A DNA stretch of 63,007 bases from Microbotryum violaceum (lineage: Eukaryota), in assembly GCA_001244265.2 (NCBI GenBank), contig CDLV01000011.1, positions 1,674,001 through 1,737,007 of the forward strand, written 5' to 3'. Made by a program: the position numbers and the translations under genes. The notes beneath the pieces are model-generated. The model was not told the DNA's origin, did no database searches, and saw nothing but the letters and a program-made list of their open reading frames with translations. Positions 1 through 12,888 of this stretch are shown in pieces; position 1 is the first letter of the stretch, and the number at the start of each line of letters is the position of its first letter.

Positions 1-1481
1 TCCCAGATCCGTGCCGCAACCGCGTCCACGACGTCCTGCATCCTGATCACCCCGGTCCCCCCTTAAGCTTGGCTGTGAACACGATATCTCTGCCGTAGCT
101 GGTCCTGCCCTTGCCCCACGGACGAAATCGACGAGCATGTCATCGAGCTTCTTGACGACTTCGGGCGGCGGGATGTCGGCTGCAAGGAAGTGTAGGATCT
201 TGGGGATGGCGTACCGATTGACGTAAAAGGCACGGATGTGGTGTGTGAGCCAGCGATGCTGAACCCCTTCCAGCGTCGCCTCGAGGCGTTCGATGAGATT
301 CGCGTAGGCGAGTTCGGTGTCGCCGCTCGGGTCGAAGGGGAGGCCGATCCACTCGAGCGACTCGCCTGCGGCCTTGACGACGAGCGGGCGTTGCCCCGGG
401 TCCCAGCGGCGTCCGATCGGTAGGACGACCGTCTTGTCCGTGTTGAGCCGGCCATTCGTTGCATGCCTCCAGTCGAGCGCCAGGTCATCGAGCAAGTTGA
501 GTGACCCCAAGCCCGCGACGGCGACGACAACGTCATCGGCAAAAGCAAGCGATGTAATGGCGCGGATCTGTGGGTACGGATGAAGTGCAGGTATGGAGAG
601 ATTCAGCGCGATGTTTCGACGGTGTAGAGCATCCAGAAACGGCTGAAACACGATGTCCCAGACCGACGACGACGCCGGGTCCCCTTGGCCGAGCCCACAC
701 GTCAGTCGTACCGGCGCCGTCAAGAACCCATTGATGATGTAGCGGGCCGAGGTCGAGTCACCCGAGTAGAGCATCCTCAGCACGCGAAGAAAGGTGGCAG
801 GAGCGCCCAGAGCGTCAAAGATGGCAAAGATCCAGTCATGCTCGACGAGGTCGTAGGCGGACGATTGGTCAAGAGATAAGAGTGCGGCCGCGGGGAACTC
901 GGTCCTGCGCGCGCCAACTTCCTCGATCAGGAGACGAAGGTGTAGTGCAGCGTCAGCCGATCGGCGGTCCTTGACGAATCCGTGCTGCTGCGGCGGGAGG
1001 AGATCGGTAGAATCTGGTTCAAACGGGCGACATAGACCTTGGTAAAGATCTTGTAATCGCACTCGCGCAGGGTGATCGGCCGGTACGACGAAAGTTCGGC
1101 GCGATCGGCATTCTTCTTGTGTCGCTTGAAGATGAGGCGCACGAGTCCTTGGCCCTGCTTGGGAGAGAGTGAGCCTCGCTCTATCATCGCGTTGTAGGCC
1201 TTGGTCAGCACCTTGGCCCACGCCTTGGGTGCGGTCTGGTAGAGTTCGTAGGGCACGCCCGACGGTCCCGGCGATCGCCCCGGGTGCGTCGTCCCGATCG
1301 CGGCCACGACCTCGTCCTCGGTGATTGGTCGCTGGAGTAAGTTGATCTGTGATTCCGAGAGTCGGCGCAGATGTAAGGCAAGTTTGCCTTACGCACCTTA
1401 TGTGGCACCTGGTATTTGAACTACATCAATTCAAATTGCTTTACTTTTGGATCAGGCGTTAGGGTGCGCGCTTGCCTTTCA
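1..1481 (-). mobile_element. LINE RT region, partial (same element as 9474-12881 and 51059-54463)
   Basis: Motifs SPGPSG, YRPITL, QHGF, GQGDP, AFADD; frameshift near 1005; TSD TATCTTT at 1482-1488. Confidence 0.92.
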
Positions 1482-3360
1482 TATCTTTCGATCACGAACG
1501 CCGGGAAGGGACGTCGAGTGCCATGCGGGCTTGTCGCGTTTGTGCAAGTAGAACGCAAAGGATTTGTGAACGCGAGACTCACCACCTTGACCCCCTTTAC
1601 TTGACCTTCGTCGTAGGTATTCAAACATTCAATATCAGTCTGTGCTCGCGCCTTAACAGAATGGGAACACCCGAGGAGGAGCCAAAGATGCTTATGTTCA
1701 CCATCACCGTTCTTTTTGTCCCCTTCCTCCTCGTCCTCACCTTCTTTGTTGCTGTCTTTTGGCGAAGAGTGGCCCAACTCGATCGAACCGCAAAGAGGAA
1801 TGTTGGGGTGGAAGCCATCTTCCCCTGCAGGAAAAAGTAGTGGGTAACGGAGAGGCATCGCGGACGGATGGAGCGAGCTAACGATTTGGTACTTGGGCCG
1901 ACCATCGGGACATCGATCACCGTGCACCTGGAGAATAAGGTCTTGCGGTCCACGATCTCCCGTGTTGGTGTCGGAATCGCAGATAAGCATCGCCATTTCC
2001 GTGCTCGACGTAGGAAGGTTGTGGGTACGTCGGTCCCGGCCTGGCGGGAGGCAGAGGCGCAGGATCCACTCTTTGGCCGTATCCCAACCTGCGCGAGCTT
2101 TGGCCGATGCGAACTCCCTCATAAAGCGATTGCCGGTGCGCAACATGGACTCGAGCTTGGTCAGCGTTGATCTTTGAATGCGAGTCTTTGCGCTGTCGGG
2201 TCCTTGAAGTCGTGTGTCGGTGGCCTCGGCCGGGTTGATCAGCCATATTTGAGCAAAGGCTGGGCGTTGATTCACGGCAGGGATCAGGGCGCCGAGTCGA
2301 TGGTAGAGGCGACCAAACACGCAAAACACGGTGGCTCCTAGTTCCCAGTGCTGAGCCTTGCAGTGGGTGCACACGGCCGTCTGCGGGCCGAGGTCGTCGC
2401 GGATCGAAACGTGGGGCTTGAGGGGTTTGAGCGCGATTCGAGCCCGGCGCACTCGCCTTTGCGGAGGTGGTGGTGGGGCGAGCCCAGCGTCGAGTTGGCC
2501 ATCGCGCTGACCACGCTGTCCGTTCTGCACAGCTGCACGGCGGGCTCGTATACGTGTCGCAATGCCAAGATCGGTTGCATTGTTGTCATGACGCGCGGGG
2601 ACTGATCTCGTTGATCGGTGCGGGACGAAGAGGAGGGTCGAGCCGCGGGGCGCCCAGCAGCGAGCGCTCGAGCTGGCCCATGGTACGGCGCTATCCTCGC
2701 GCCCAAGACTTGGCGAGGTTGCGATGGCCCTCCCTGAGTCCCTGGCGACCTTGGGACCGGGACATAGCAGCGAGGGTTTGTTCTTGAATGAGTGTCACTA
2801 AAATTGGATGAGAGTGAGAGGGAGAAAGGAAAGGTTCGAGGGAGTGGCGCAGGATTATTTACGTGGTTTGATTTGTTGTTCAGCCCCTAATGCCGCTGGT
2901 CGAATGCCATACGGGCAAATTGGTTGTTCAGCCCCTAATGCCGCTGGTCGACTGCCGGAATGACACTGACACCGCCGGCGCACCGCATCACGTGACAAAC
3001 GCCAGCCCTCGCCTCGCACGTCAGGCAGAGCTCTGCTGTAGAAGCAATATCATGTAAAGCCACGCGCTTGCGGTTCATTAAATGCAATATGAGTGGAAGC
3101 ATTGTTTTACGTGAGTGAAAAAAAGAAGGAAAATACTGGGAGCGCTGTAGCTTCGTTGGAACGGCGCAGAAAATACAAAAGCTACCACAGCGCTTGTACA
3201 TGACTTCTGATCAAAACATGGACACCACAGGCAGGTGCGGCAGACACAACAGTATGCTGGTACATCCACCACAGGCGGCCCGGAGGGCCGCAACCTAGTT
3301 AAAAACAGCGATTTTAGGTACATTCCTTAACTCACACTTTTTTTTTACTAGTTAGGGTAA
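1482..3360 (-). mobile_element. Helitron (type A) 5' part with degenerate RepHel N-terminal coding region
   Basis: ORF 1421-2530 (FGRLYHRLGAL..PAFAQIW..HPSAMPLRYPLLFPAGEDGF) matches the Helitron N-terminal region; mirror of 7594-9473. Confidence 0.9.
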
Positions 3361-5283
3361 TGTTGTAATTTACCGAATACAGGCCCAGCGTATGCTTCTA
3401 TTGACAATTTCAGCCCAGAGCGTCGTTCCCAACCGTCGCAACCGGTGCGGGGCCACCGCCTCATCAGCTCCTCTTTACTCATCGCTGTTAAGCCAGCTCC
3501 ACACGGCCAGCCCTGTCGATTGGGCACATCGCACCGTTTCTCACCCCGCCTTTCGCACGGTCTGACTTCCGCTAGCCTCGCGCGGTTGCATCGATTAAAT
3601 GGATTCCAAGGGTTACCCCGTCGACAAGAAAGTAGAGGTTTCCATGTTTTTGGGGGCGGAGGATCAAACCCGTTGAACAGATGAGAACGACGTGATTTGA
3701 CATTAGAAGGCAGAGGTTTCCAGGTTCTCCCTCATTCTCTCACACTTTTACTGTGCACTGCTTGAAGTGACGGTTCTCCACATGTAAATAAAGTCTTCTG
3801 ATACTACTCTATCTAGATGCAGCATCAAACAACCGGCGACCACCACAGAACAGGAACGTGTCCAACCAAATCAAAGTTCTGAGTTAACTATACTTTCCTT
3901 TGCTGCCCAACCCAATTAAAAGTCTGGAATTTCCACACCTCGAAAATGTGTTGACCATAAAATACGAACCCTTGATGGTCAACACTAGCGCTGGCGGATA
4001 TGGGTACGGCCGCTAGTTCTAGGGCAGCACCGGCACGCCGCAGCGGCTCGATTGCTTGGACCTGCTCCTGACTCTGAAGTGGCAGAGTGCAAAGTCAACG
4101 TACACCACGGGTTAGTATCACACTTCAGCCTTCTTGGGGAATAGATCTACGTATCGTAACGACGTGGCCGAAATCCGCATCGACGCCTTATAATCAGAGC
4201 CGGACTCCGGTAGACTCAAGGCTTCCCTCCGAAGGGTGTCCGCCAACAGTGTCCCAGACGTATCCGTGTGCGATTCCGCGTACTCGAAGTTAGCAGAAGG
4301 ATCCCACGGTTTCTGATCATTTAAGCGCGTACTTTCGCCATTGGAACGCATGGGCTGGTCGTGCTTGCAGTGCGCCAAGGGGGCGCAATGTCATTATGTC
4401 ATGCTTGATCGTCTCGGCCATTTTGTGCGAGATGAATTGGTCCGCCGGTTCGAGGATTGAAGCAAGCATCGTGATACTACTGTGAATGGGTGCAGGGCCT
4501 TGTGCGTTATGAAGGGACCTCCTGGATTCAACCCCACACGGCTGCGCCAGAACGGGTGAGCAATTTGTTCCGCATCCATACATAATGCCGCGAGTAAATG
4601 GTGCATTTACCAATTACGCGCGCGCGTCTACCCCCGAAGCTTGACCCATCTACCCCGGTAGTAAGGTGCAAAGTTCACTTACAAATGGTGCATTCTTCGC
4701 GTAAGTTGGTGCGTTTGCTCAGGAAGAAAGGTGCGTTTACCAATTAAGGATGGTGCATTTACCTGACGTAGCTGGGCAATTCGCTGTATCTCGTGTAGTA
4801 TGCCATGTATCACTTTGAAACTTGACGAGCCCTTTTACATGACCACCAAATACGTCCACACTTGGTAAGACGCACTCTCACCCGGACCTCATGTAGTTGA
4901 AGATCGTGCCTGTAACCCAACCCCCAAGGGTCCGCATTAGATCTGATCTGATCTGATCTGATGGGGGTCAGATCAAGTTCAGATCAACCAAGCCTCGAGG
5001 AAAAGAATCCAAAGTAGGCGGTACCTGGATGCTGTCATTGTGATTTGAAGTGCCAACTGCGCCCACCTGATCACTGCATGAGAGAGAATGCAGCGCGCCA
5101 TCTGCCATCTGCCATCGCCGCCACATTGGGTGTCGGCCCCGCGCCACAGAAGTACTACAGGGTGTGGTCCTCCTCTGATGCGCCTTCGTTGCAGTGTCAG
5201 GTGCTGACTCATTGCAAACACTTTCTCATAGGGATCACATGCGACCCAATCCAGTCATAGAAGCGGGGAGCTCCTCCAAAAAG
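3361..5283. repeat. Unidentified repeated flank 'U' (also ~25210-27471 inverted, 38014-39288 plus 44030-44672, and 56341-58262)
   Basis: Near-identical sequence abuts Helitron 5' ends in four places; clustered GGTGC(A/G)TT motifs at 4600-4765; no recognisable protein. Confidence 0.85.
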
Positions 5284-5459
5284 CGGCGGCTTAGCAAAGA
5301 AGATTAGGATTTCAACATGTAGACATGTAGAAGTCTTTATGTGCCAAATTAGGCAATTTCATGTCTCAGATCAGATCAAGATCAGATTAGTCAAGGCAGA
5401 ATCAGAAAAATCCAGATCAGATCTGATCTGACGGTGATCTGATCTAATGCGGATCCTTG
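4925..5459. mobile_element. MITE / non-autonomous TIR DNA transposon
   Basis: 19-bp TIR CAAGGGTCCGCATTAGATC / GATCTAATGCGGATCCTTG (1 mismatch) with (GATCT)n subterminal arrays at both ends; no clean TSD. Confidence 0.75.
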
Positions 5460-7259
5460 CCAATGAGTCAAGCTCGATTCTCGAAGCAGACAACCCAAGG
5501 CGCACATCAGGAACTCGTCCCAGGATACCAAAAATTAGCAACAATGTACAGATAAAGATTTGACGGGAATACTACACAAACGAAGGATCGCTCCACGCCA
5601 TCCGAGACAAGCCATTTTCGCCGAAACAAATGTTGCACTGACTCTTTTTCAACCCTTCGCCATACCCAAACACAAGATCGCCACGTCTTTCGTGGCACTA
5701 CCAGATCCAGATACAATATGTCCGATTAATCGACATGGTTCTTGTGCTTCTTGGGACCGTCTGCACGTCGGAGCAAAAGCGGGTTTCGTGCGCCGGGGAA
5801 TCAGCAAAAGTCTTTCTCGGCGCCGAAACTTCGTAGTGGTGCGAAGGCCAACCGTACACTTTGCCTCGTATTCCGTTTTTTGCTTGTCGTGTCTGTACGA
5901 TTGCAGCGCGTTATTCAGTGTGAAGAACAGTAGGCTTGACCGACTTCCTTTTCCGACGCAGGATTGGGATCCTCTGGGGGGAAAATACTCACGTCGATCC
6001 AGCCAAGTTTGAAGAATGCGCCAGCGAAGAAGGAACCTATGTGAGGTGAGGAGTCAATCAGAGAAATCTTTCGACTTTTTAAAAATCGGTCAGGTTCTCA
6101 CCTTGAACGTAGAAGCTTTCCATCCCTGCGAGGGTCCCCAAACAAATCAAAAGGAGCTCAAAAGAGTTAATCCCCTCCCGAATAGACTCTTCGGATGGAA
6201 TGGGGGTTGCGAGGGACTGACCTTCATGATCCCACTCCTCATCTTGTCGGCCGTTTCCTCGGCCGTAACTTGTCGTTTTTCCGTCTTGACCGCCACACTT
6301 GAGTCGGGTAACATGGTCGTTATCAGTGCCGAGGAGGTGGATGCACCAGTTCGGGCGACCAGACCGAGCTCGGTCACTCCCAAGCCAGACCAGACCAGGC
6401 CAGGTGATCGAGGCGATAAGGGGGGAATGAAGAGAGAGCTTACCCTTTCGAACTGATGGAAACACCTTGATGTGCCAAACTATCCTTGGTCGAACTGAAC
6501 GGGAAATCCAAAACCCATATTCGAATCAGCAACCCCCCTCTCGGAATTCGAGCCCTCCACAGAGTCCTTCCACAATTTCCTCTCAACTCCAATTTTAGAA
6601 TCCTGGACTAGACTAGACCCCCCCTCCCCCCCCGCCGCCCCAAGCCGAAACAAACTCACCTCACAGCCGAATTCCAAGCGGCCACGGCCAACTTGACCGT
6701 ATAAGCGAGACCCCCGAACAGGGCCAAGGTAAGGAAGAGCTTGATCAGGTTCCAGATCAACGAGCCGCTGTCGACGTCGTGGGATTTGGCCATGGCTGGC
6801 CCGGGGTGAAGTCGATGAGGTGTGGGATGAGGCTGAGCTGAGGTGCAGTGGAGGCTTGAAGATTATTGAGGTTGGAGTGTGGCTCCTGGAGAGGGGGGGT
6901 GGGGGCGGTGTAATAGGCGAAGAGGGGTGTAAGTAGAACAACGGCTCAAACGACGAGGTGCACAGCCAACAGACAACACCGCGTCCTATTACTAAACCAG
7001 AGGCCCTCAGGAGGTCCAAGCTCAAAACACCCCCTCGTTATTATTTTGTATCAAGCCTAATTAGATTTCACATATTCGGTTATCTGCACAAAATCAATGT
7101 TTCTTGAAAAGGGGGGGTTGGACTTATGTAAAGTCACAGCCACTAGATCCATAGCTCCCACACTCATGAAAGCATCAAAAGTGTGATTCCAATCATGTGA
7201 GCACCAACCATCCTTCCGAGTCCTATTCCATGGTGTAAGTCACATCATCTGGTCCAGAA

Positions 7260-7548
7260 GTGTAGGGCTGGAAGCACACGTTCCAGATGGGACAACTCAC
7301 GGGATCTCCTTGCCTGAGCCCGCACAGCATGCGCACAGCCTCCGTGAGGTATCCATTGATGATGTAAAGAAGTGACACCGATCTGTAGATGACGTTGAGA
7401 AGGCCAAGGAAGCGTTCTGGCGCTCCCATCGCTCGAAAGACGCTCATGATCCAGTCATGATCAACCAGGTTATATGCGCTTTCCTGATCAAGCGATAGGA
7501 GAGCCGAGTCAGCAAGGTCAAGAGAGCGAATTGGTTCAAGGAGCAGGG
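7260..7548 (-). pseudogene. LINE reverse transcriptase fragment
   Basis: ALLSLDQESAYNLVDHDWI...IINGYLT...GLRQGDPVSCPIWN (RT domains 3-4). Confidence 0.88.
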
Positions 7549-8022
7549 GAGCAGGGACAAGTGACTTCCCGCGTCTGAGGCCTTTACCCTATATTACCCT
7601 AACTAGTTACCCTAACTAGTAACTAGTAAAAAAAAGGTGTGGGTTAAGGAATGTACCTAAAATCGCTGTTTTTAACTAGGTTGCGGCCCTCCGGGCCGCC
7701 TGTGGTGGATGTACCAGCATACTGTTGTGTCTGCCGCACCTGCCTGTGGTGTCCATGTTTTGATCAGAAGTCATGTACAAGCGCTGTGGTAGCTTTTGTA
7801 TTTTCTGCGCCGTTCCAACGAAGCTACAGCGCTCCCAGTATTTTCCTTCTTTTTTTCACTCACGTAAAACAATGCTTCCACTCATATTGCATTTAATGAA
7901 CCGCAAGCGCGTGGCTTTACATGATATTGCTTCTACAGCAGAGCTCTGCCTGACGTGCGAGGCGAGGGCTGGCGTTTGTCACGTGATGCGGTGCGCCGGC
8001 GGTGTCAGTGTCATTCCGGCAG

Positions 8023-8100
8023 TCGACCAGCGGCATTAGGGGCTGAACAACCAATTTGCCCGTATGGCATTCGACCAGCGGCATTAGGGGCTGAACAACA
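8023..8100 (+). repeat. 48-bp minisatellite in Helitron 5' region (~1.6 units)
   Basis: TCGACCAGCGGCATTAGGGGCTGAACAACCAATTTGCCCGTATGGCAT unit. Confidence 0.85.
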
Positions 8101-9473
8101 AATCAAACCACGTAAATAATCCTGCGCCACTCCCTCGAACCTTTCCTTTCTCCCTCTCACTCTCATCCAATTTTAGTGACACTCATTCAAGAACAAACCC
8201 TCGCTGCTATGTCCCGGTCCCAAGGTCGCCAGGGACTCAGGGAGGGCCATCGCAACCTCGCCAAGTCTTGGGCGCGAGGGTAGCGCGGTAGCGCGGTACC
8301 ACGGGCCCGCGGCTCGACCCTCCTCTTCGTCCCGCACCGATCAACGAGATCAGTCCCCGCGCGTCATGACAACAATGCAACCGATCTTGGCATTGCGACA
8401 CGTATAAGAGCCCGCCGTGCAGCTGTGCAGAACGGACAGCGTGGTCAGCGCGATGGCCAACTCGACGCTGGGCTCGCCCCACCACCACCTCCGCAAAGGC
8501 GAGTGCGCCGGGCTCGAATCGCGCTCAAACCCCTCAAGCCCCACGTTTCGATCCGCGACGACCTCGGCCCGCAGACGGCCGTGTGCACCCACTGCAAGGC
8601 TCAGCACTGGGAACTAGGAGCCACCGTGTTTTGCGTGTTTGGTCGCCTCTACCATCGACTCGGCGCCCTGATCCCTGCCGTGAATCAACGCCCAGCCTTT
8701 GCTCAAATATGGCTGATCAACCCGGCCGAGGCCACCGACACACGACTTCAAGGACCCGACAGCGCAAAGACTCGCATTCAAAGATCAACGCTGACCAAGC
8801 TCGAGTCCATGTTGCGCACCGGCAATCGCTTTATGAGGGAGTTCGCATCGGCCAAAGCTCGCGCAGGTTGGGATACGGCCAAAGAGTGGATCCTGCGCCT
8901 CTGCCTCCCGCCAGGCCGGGACCGACGTACCCACAACCTTCCTACGTCGAGCACGGAAATGGCGATGCTTATCTGCGATTCCGACACCAACACGGGAGAT
9001 CGTGGACCGCAAGACCTTATTCTCCAGGTGCACGGTGATCGATGTCCCGATGGTCGGCCCAAGTACCAAATCGTTAGCTCGCTCCATCCGTCCGCGATGC
9101 CTCTCCGTTACCCACTACTTTTTCCTGCAGGGGAAGATGGCTTCCACCCCAACATTCCTCTTTGCGGTTCGATCGAGTTGGGCCACTCTTCGCCAAAAGA
9201 CAGCAACAAAGAAGGTGAGGACGAGGAGGAAGGGGACAAAAAGAACGGTGATGGTGAACATAAGCATCTTTGGCTCCTCCTCGGGTGTTCCCATTCTGTT
9301 AAGGCGCGAGCACAGACTGATATTGAATGTTTGAATACCTACGACGAAGGTCAAGTAAAGGGGGTCAAGGTGGTGAGTCTCGCGTTCACAAATCCTTTGC
9401 GTTCTACTTGCACAAACGCGACAAGCCCGCATGGCACTCGACGTCCCTTCCCGGCGTTCGTGATCGAAAGATA

Positions 9474-12400
9474 TGAAAGGCAAGCGCGGCACCCTAACGC
9501 CTGATCCAAAAGTAAAGCAATTTGAATTGATGTAGTTCAAATACCAGGTGCCACATAAGGTGCGTAAGGCAAACTTGCCTTACATCTGCGCCGACTCTCG
9601 GAATCACAGATCAACTTACTCCAGCGACCAATCACCGAGGACGAGGTCGTGGCCGCGATCGGGACGACGCACCCGGGGCGATCGCCGGGACCGTCGGGCG
9701 TGCCCTACGAACTCTACCAGACCGCACCCAAGGCGTGGGCCAAGGTGCTGACCAAGGCCTACAACGCGATGATAGAGCGAGGCTCACTCTCTCCCAAGCA
9801 GGGCCAAGGACTCGTGCGCCTCATCTTCAAGCGACACAAGAAGAATGCCGATCGCGCCGAACTTTCGTCGTACCGGCCGATCACCCTGCGCGAGTGCGAT
9901 TACAAGATCTTTACCAAGGTCTATGTCGCCCGTTTGAACCAGATTCTACCGGATCTCCTCCCGCCGCAGCAGCACGGATTCGTCAAGGACCGCCGATCGG
10001 CTGACGCTGCACTACACCTTCGTCTCCTGATCGAGGAAGTTGGCGCGCGCAGGACCGAGTTCCCCGCGGCCGCACTCTTATCTCTTGACCAATCGTCCGC
10101 CTACGACCTCGTCGAGCATGACTGGATCTTTGCCATCTTTGACGCTCTGGGCGCTCCTGCCACCTTTCTTCGCGTGCTGAGGATGCTCTACTCGGGTGAC
10201 TCGACCTCGGCCCGCTACATCATCAATGGGTTCTTGACGGCGCCGGTACGACTGACGTGTGGGCTCGGCCAAGGGGACCCGGCGTCGTCGTCGGTCTGGG
10301 ACATCGTGTTTCAGCCGTTTCTGGATGCTCTACACCGTCGAAACATCGCGCTGAATCTCTCCATACCTGCACTTCATCCGTACCCACAGATCCGCGCCAT
10401 TACATCGCTTGCTTTTGCCGATGACGTTGTCGTCGCCGTCGCGGGCTTGGGGTCACTCAACTTGCTCGATGACCTGGCGCTCGACTGGAGGCATGCAACG
10501 AATGGCCGGCTCAACACGGACAAGACGGTCGTCCTACCGATCGGACGCCGCTGGGACCCGGGGCAACGCCCGCTCGTCGTCAAGGCCGCAGGCGAGTCGC
10601 TCGAGTGGATCGGCCTCCCCTTCGACCCGAGCGGCGACACCGAACTCGCCTACGCGAATCTCATCGAACGCCTCGAGGCGACGCTGGAAGGGGTTCAGCA
10701 TCGCTGGCTCACACACCACATCCGTGCCTTTTACGTCAATCGGTACGCCATCCCCAAGATCCTACACTTCCTTGCAGCCGACATCCCGCCGCCCGAAGTC
10801 GTCAAGAAGCTCGATGACATGCTCGTCGATTTCGTCCGTGGGGGCAAGGGCAGGACCAGCTACGGCAGAGATATCGTGTTCACAGCCAAGCTTAAGGGGG
10901 ACCGGGGTGATCAGGATGCAGGACGTCGTGGACGCGGTTGCGGCACGGATCTGGGACGTTCTTCTCGGCGGTTCGGGCGCGATCTGGCAAGGACTTGCGC
11001 GCGCGGCACTCCAGCGAGCTCATTCCGACCTCGACCTGGCCACCGATCTCTGGCCACATCCATCCACTCCCATCCCCAGCGACCTCCATCCCCGATGGCA
11101 AGCAGTATTGGGGGTTCCGAAACAGCAAGACGCGCAGGTCAACCCGAGGACCTTGACCACCGCGAACCTGCTCGCGCTTCCCACCTTGCTCGGCAGCCTC
11201 CACACCCCCATCAGAGGGAGACAGACCATCGACGCGGTTCATATACCTGACTACCTTCGTCTCCAGGGCTACCCGAAGGTGGCGGATCTCTACCGGCGCG
11301 AGTTGTATGCGGGTGGGGGGTTTCACCTTTGGACGCCGCCGGCGGATGTGCTCGGCGACAACAGCGAGTACGATCGACGCGGGCTCCCGCAGCGACTGGC
11401 AATCGCGGCCTGGTACCGGTTCACTGTCGATCGACACAAGAACACGCCCTTGGCGGTGGCAGTGGCAGCAGGACGGCTCAACGTGCCTCCCCGGATCGGC
11501 ACCAGCGCACCGCTCGAGGCGATTCTCCCCAAGCCCGTGGCCCGCTTCGCAATGGAGCAGCGCCTTCCGGACCCGGTGCTTCCACAGCAGGCGAGCCAGT
11601 ACAAGCTGCTGAACATGGCTCGACCGTACACCATCCGTCGCATCCGCCGGGTCCTGAACGCGAAGGCCTTTACCAACACGCTCGGGCTCAAGGGACCACC
11701 GCAGCCGGACGACCTCAGGAGCTTTTGGAAGGCGGTCAACTCGAAGGCACTGACGGCGAGGGAGAGGGAAGTTTGGTTTAAGCTGACTCTCCGCTTCACC
11801 CCGACGCGCAAGCTGCAACACCAACAGAATCACGACACTTCTCCCGCGTGCCTCGTCTGCGAAGCGCCGGTGGACGACACCGACCACTCCTTTTTCGGCT
11901 GCGTTGACTCGCGGAATGTCTGGATCGCGGCAAGGGGCGTGCTCTGCGACGCACTCGGGTGCGACACGATTGAGGACGCCCAGTACACGACACTGCAACG
12001 GCTCTTTGGCCTCCCCAGGCTCAAGGCCAAGCTCAGCGAACAGGAAGGGGCGGGCAGGACGATCGAGATGTTCACGGGGATGGTTTTGGAAATGATCAGC
12101 AGTGGGAGATGGAGGATGCAGAAGCACGGGACGAGGATGGAAAGCGTGGAGAGGAGGAGAGTGGTACTGGAGGAGAGGATGAAGTTGAGGGCGGGAGGAG
12201 CAGGGGGCGGGCGAGGGCAGTAGAGGCTGGGTTCGATTTCCCCCCACCACACCCCACACACACACACCATCACGCTTCATCTTCCAACAAAACACTGTAT
12301 ACTAAATATCTTGCTTTCATCTTTCATCTATTACAGGTCTGCCTTCGTTGCTCATGGACCGGCTCGCGATTTGAGAATGACTCGACGGTGACTCGCGCTC

Positions 12401-12881
12401 TTTGGCTTCGGGGTTATGAGTCAAGGGAGGGATCAGCAGACACAGGCAGAAAGTCGGCTTTGAGGGGCCAGGGACTGCTGAGGTGGAGGTTTTGAGGGGC
12501 CTCCACCGCGTCTTGTTGTGACCGAGCATAGACTTAGGACTTCGCGGGTCAGGGTAGTTGCGCAGTCGATCTCCTGTCTTTGTCTCGACCGAGTTGGGAA
12601 GTGACGGCGGGGTGGGCCTCTTGTCGCTTAGTAAATTGTTTTATTACTCCTTTCTCTTTCTCTCTCTCTCTCCTTCTCTCTCTCATTCGTCTCCTGGGGG
12701 GGAGCAACCGCTTGGCTGGGGCACTTGAATCCCAAGTATCGGATTGGTGGACACCGGCCCGTTTCTCGCATCTTGCGGGCGGTTTGTGTTATCATCGTCG
12801 ACTTCCATCTAGTTTTTCCGTAGGCCAATCAGGGGGAACAGGAATTGGGGGCAATATGATGAACAAGTTCTACAAAAAAAA
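9474..12881 (+). mobile_element. 5'-truncated LINE (L1/Tx1-like) inserted in Helitron RepHel
   Basis: RT ORF 9649-~10900 (YRPITL, GQGDP, FADD), frameshift, C-terminal CLVC..HSFFGC zinc finger ending 12223, poly(A) 12874-12884, TSD AAAGATA at 9467-9473 and 12882-12888. Confidence 0.93.
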
Positions 12882-12888
12882 AAAGATA

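Larger units (their letters stand above)
1..10057 (+). repeat. Terminal direct repeat, copy 1 (copy 2 at 52982-63007)
   Basis: Window start TCCCAGATCCGTGCCGCAAC recurs at 52982 and the ORF track repeats with an offset of ~52981; window end ...GGCGCGCGCAGACCG matches ~10057. Confidence 0.97.

Noticed and set aside
3347-3360. Telomere
   Set aside because: Single TTAGGG within the Helitron terminus, no tandem array
10892-12295. Long antisense ORFs (also 42999-43955, 13127-13888, 51665-52615)
   Set aside because: Shadow frames of GC-rich transposon coding sequence
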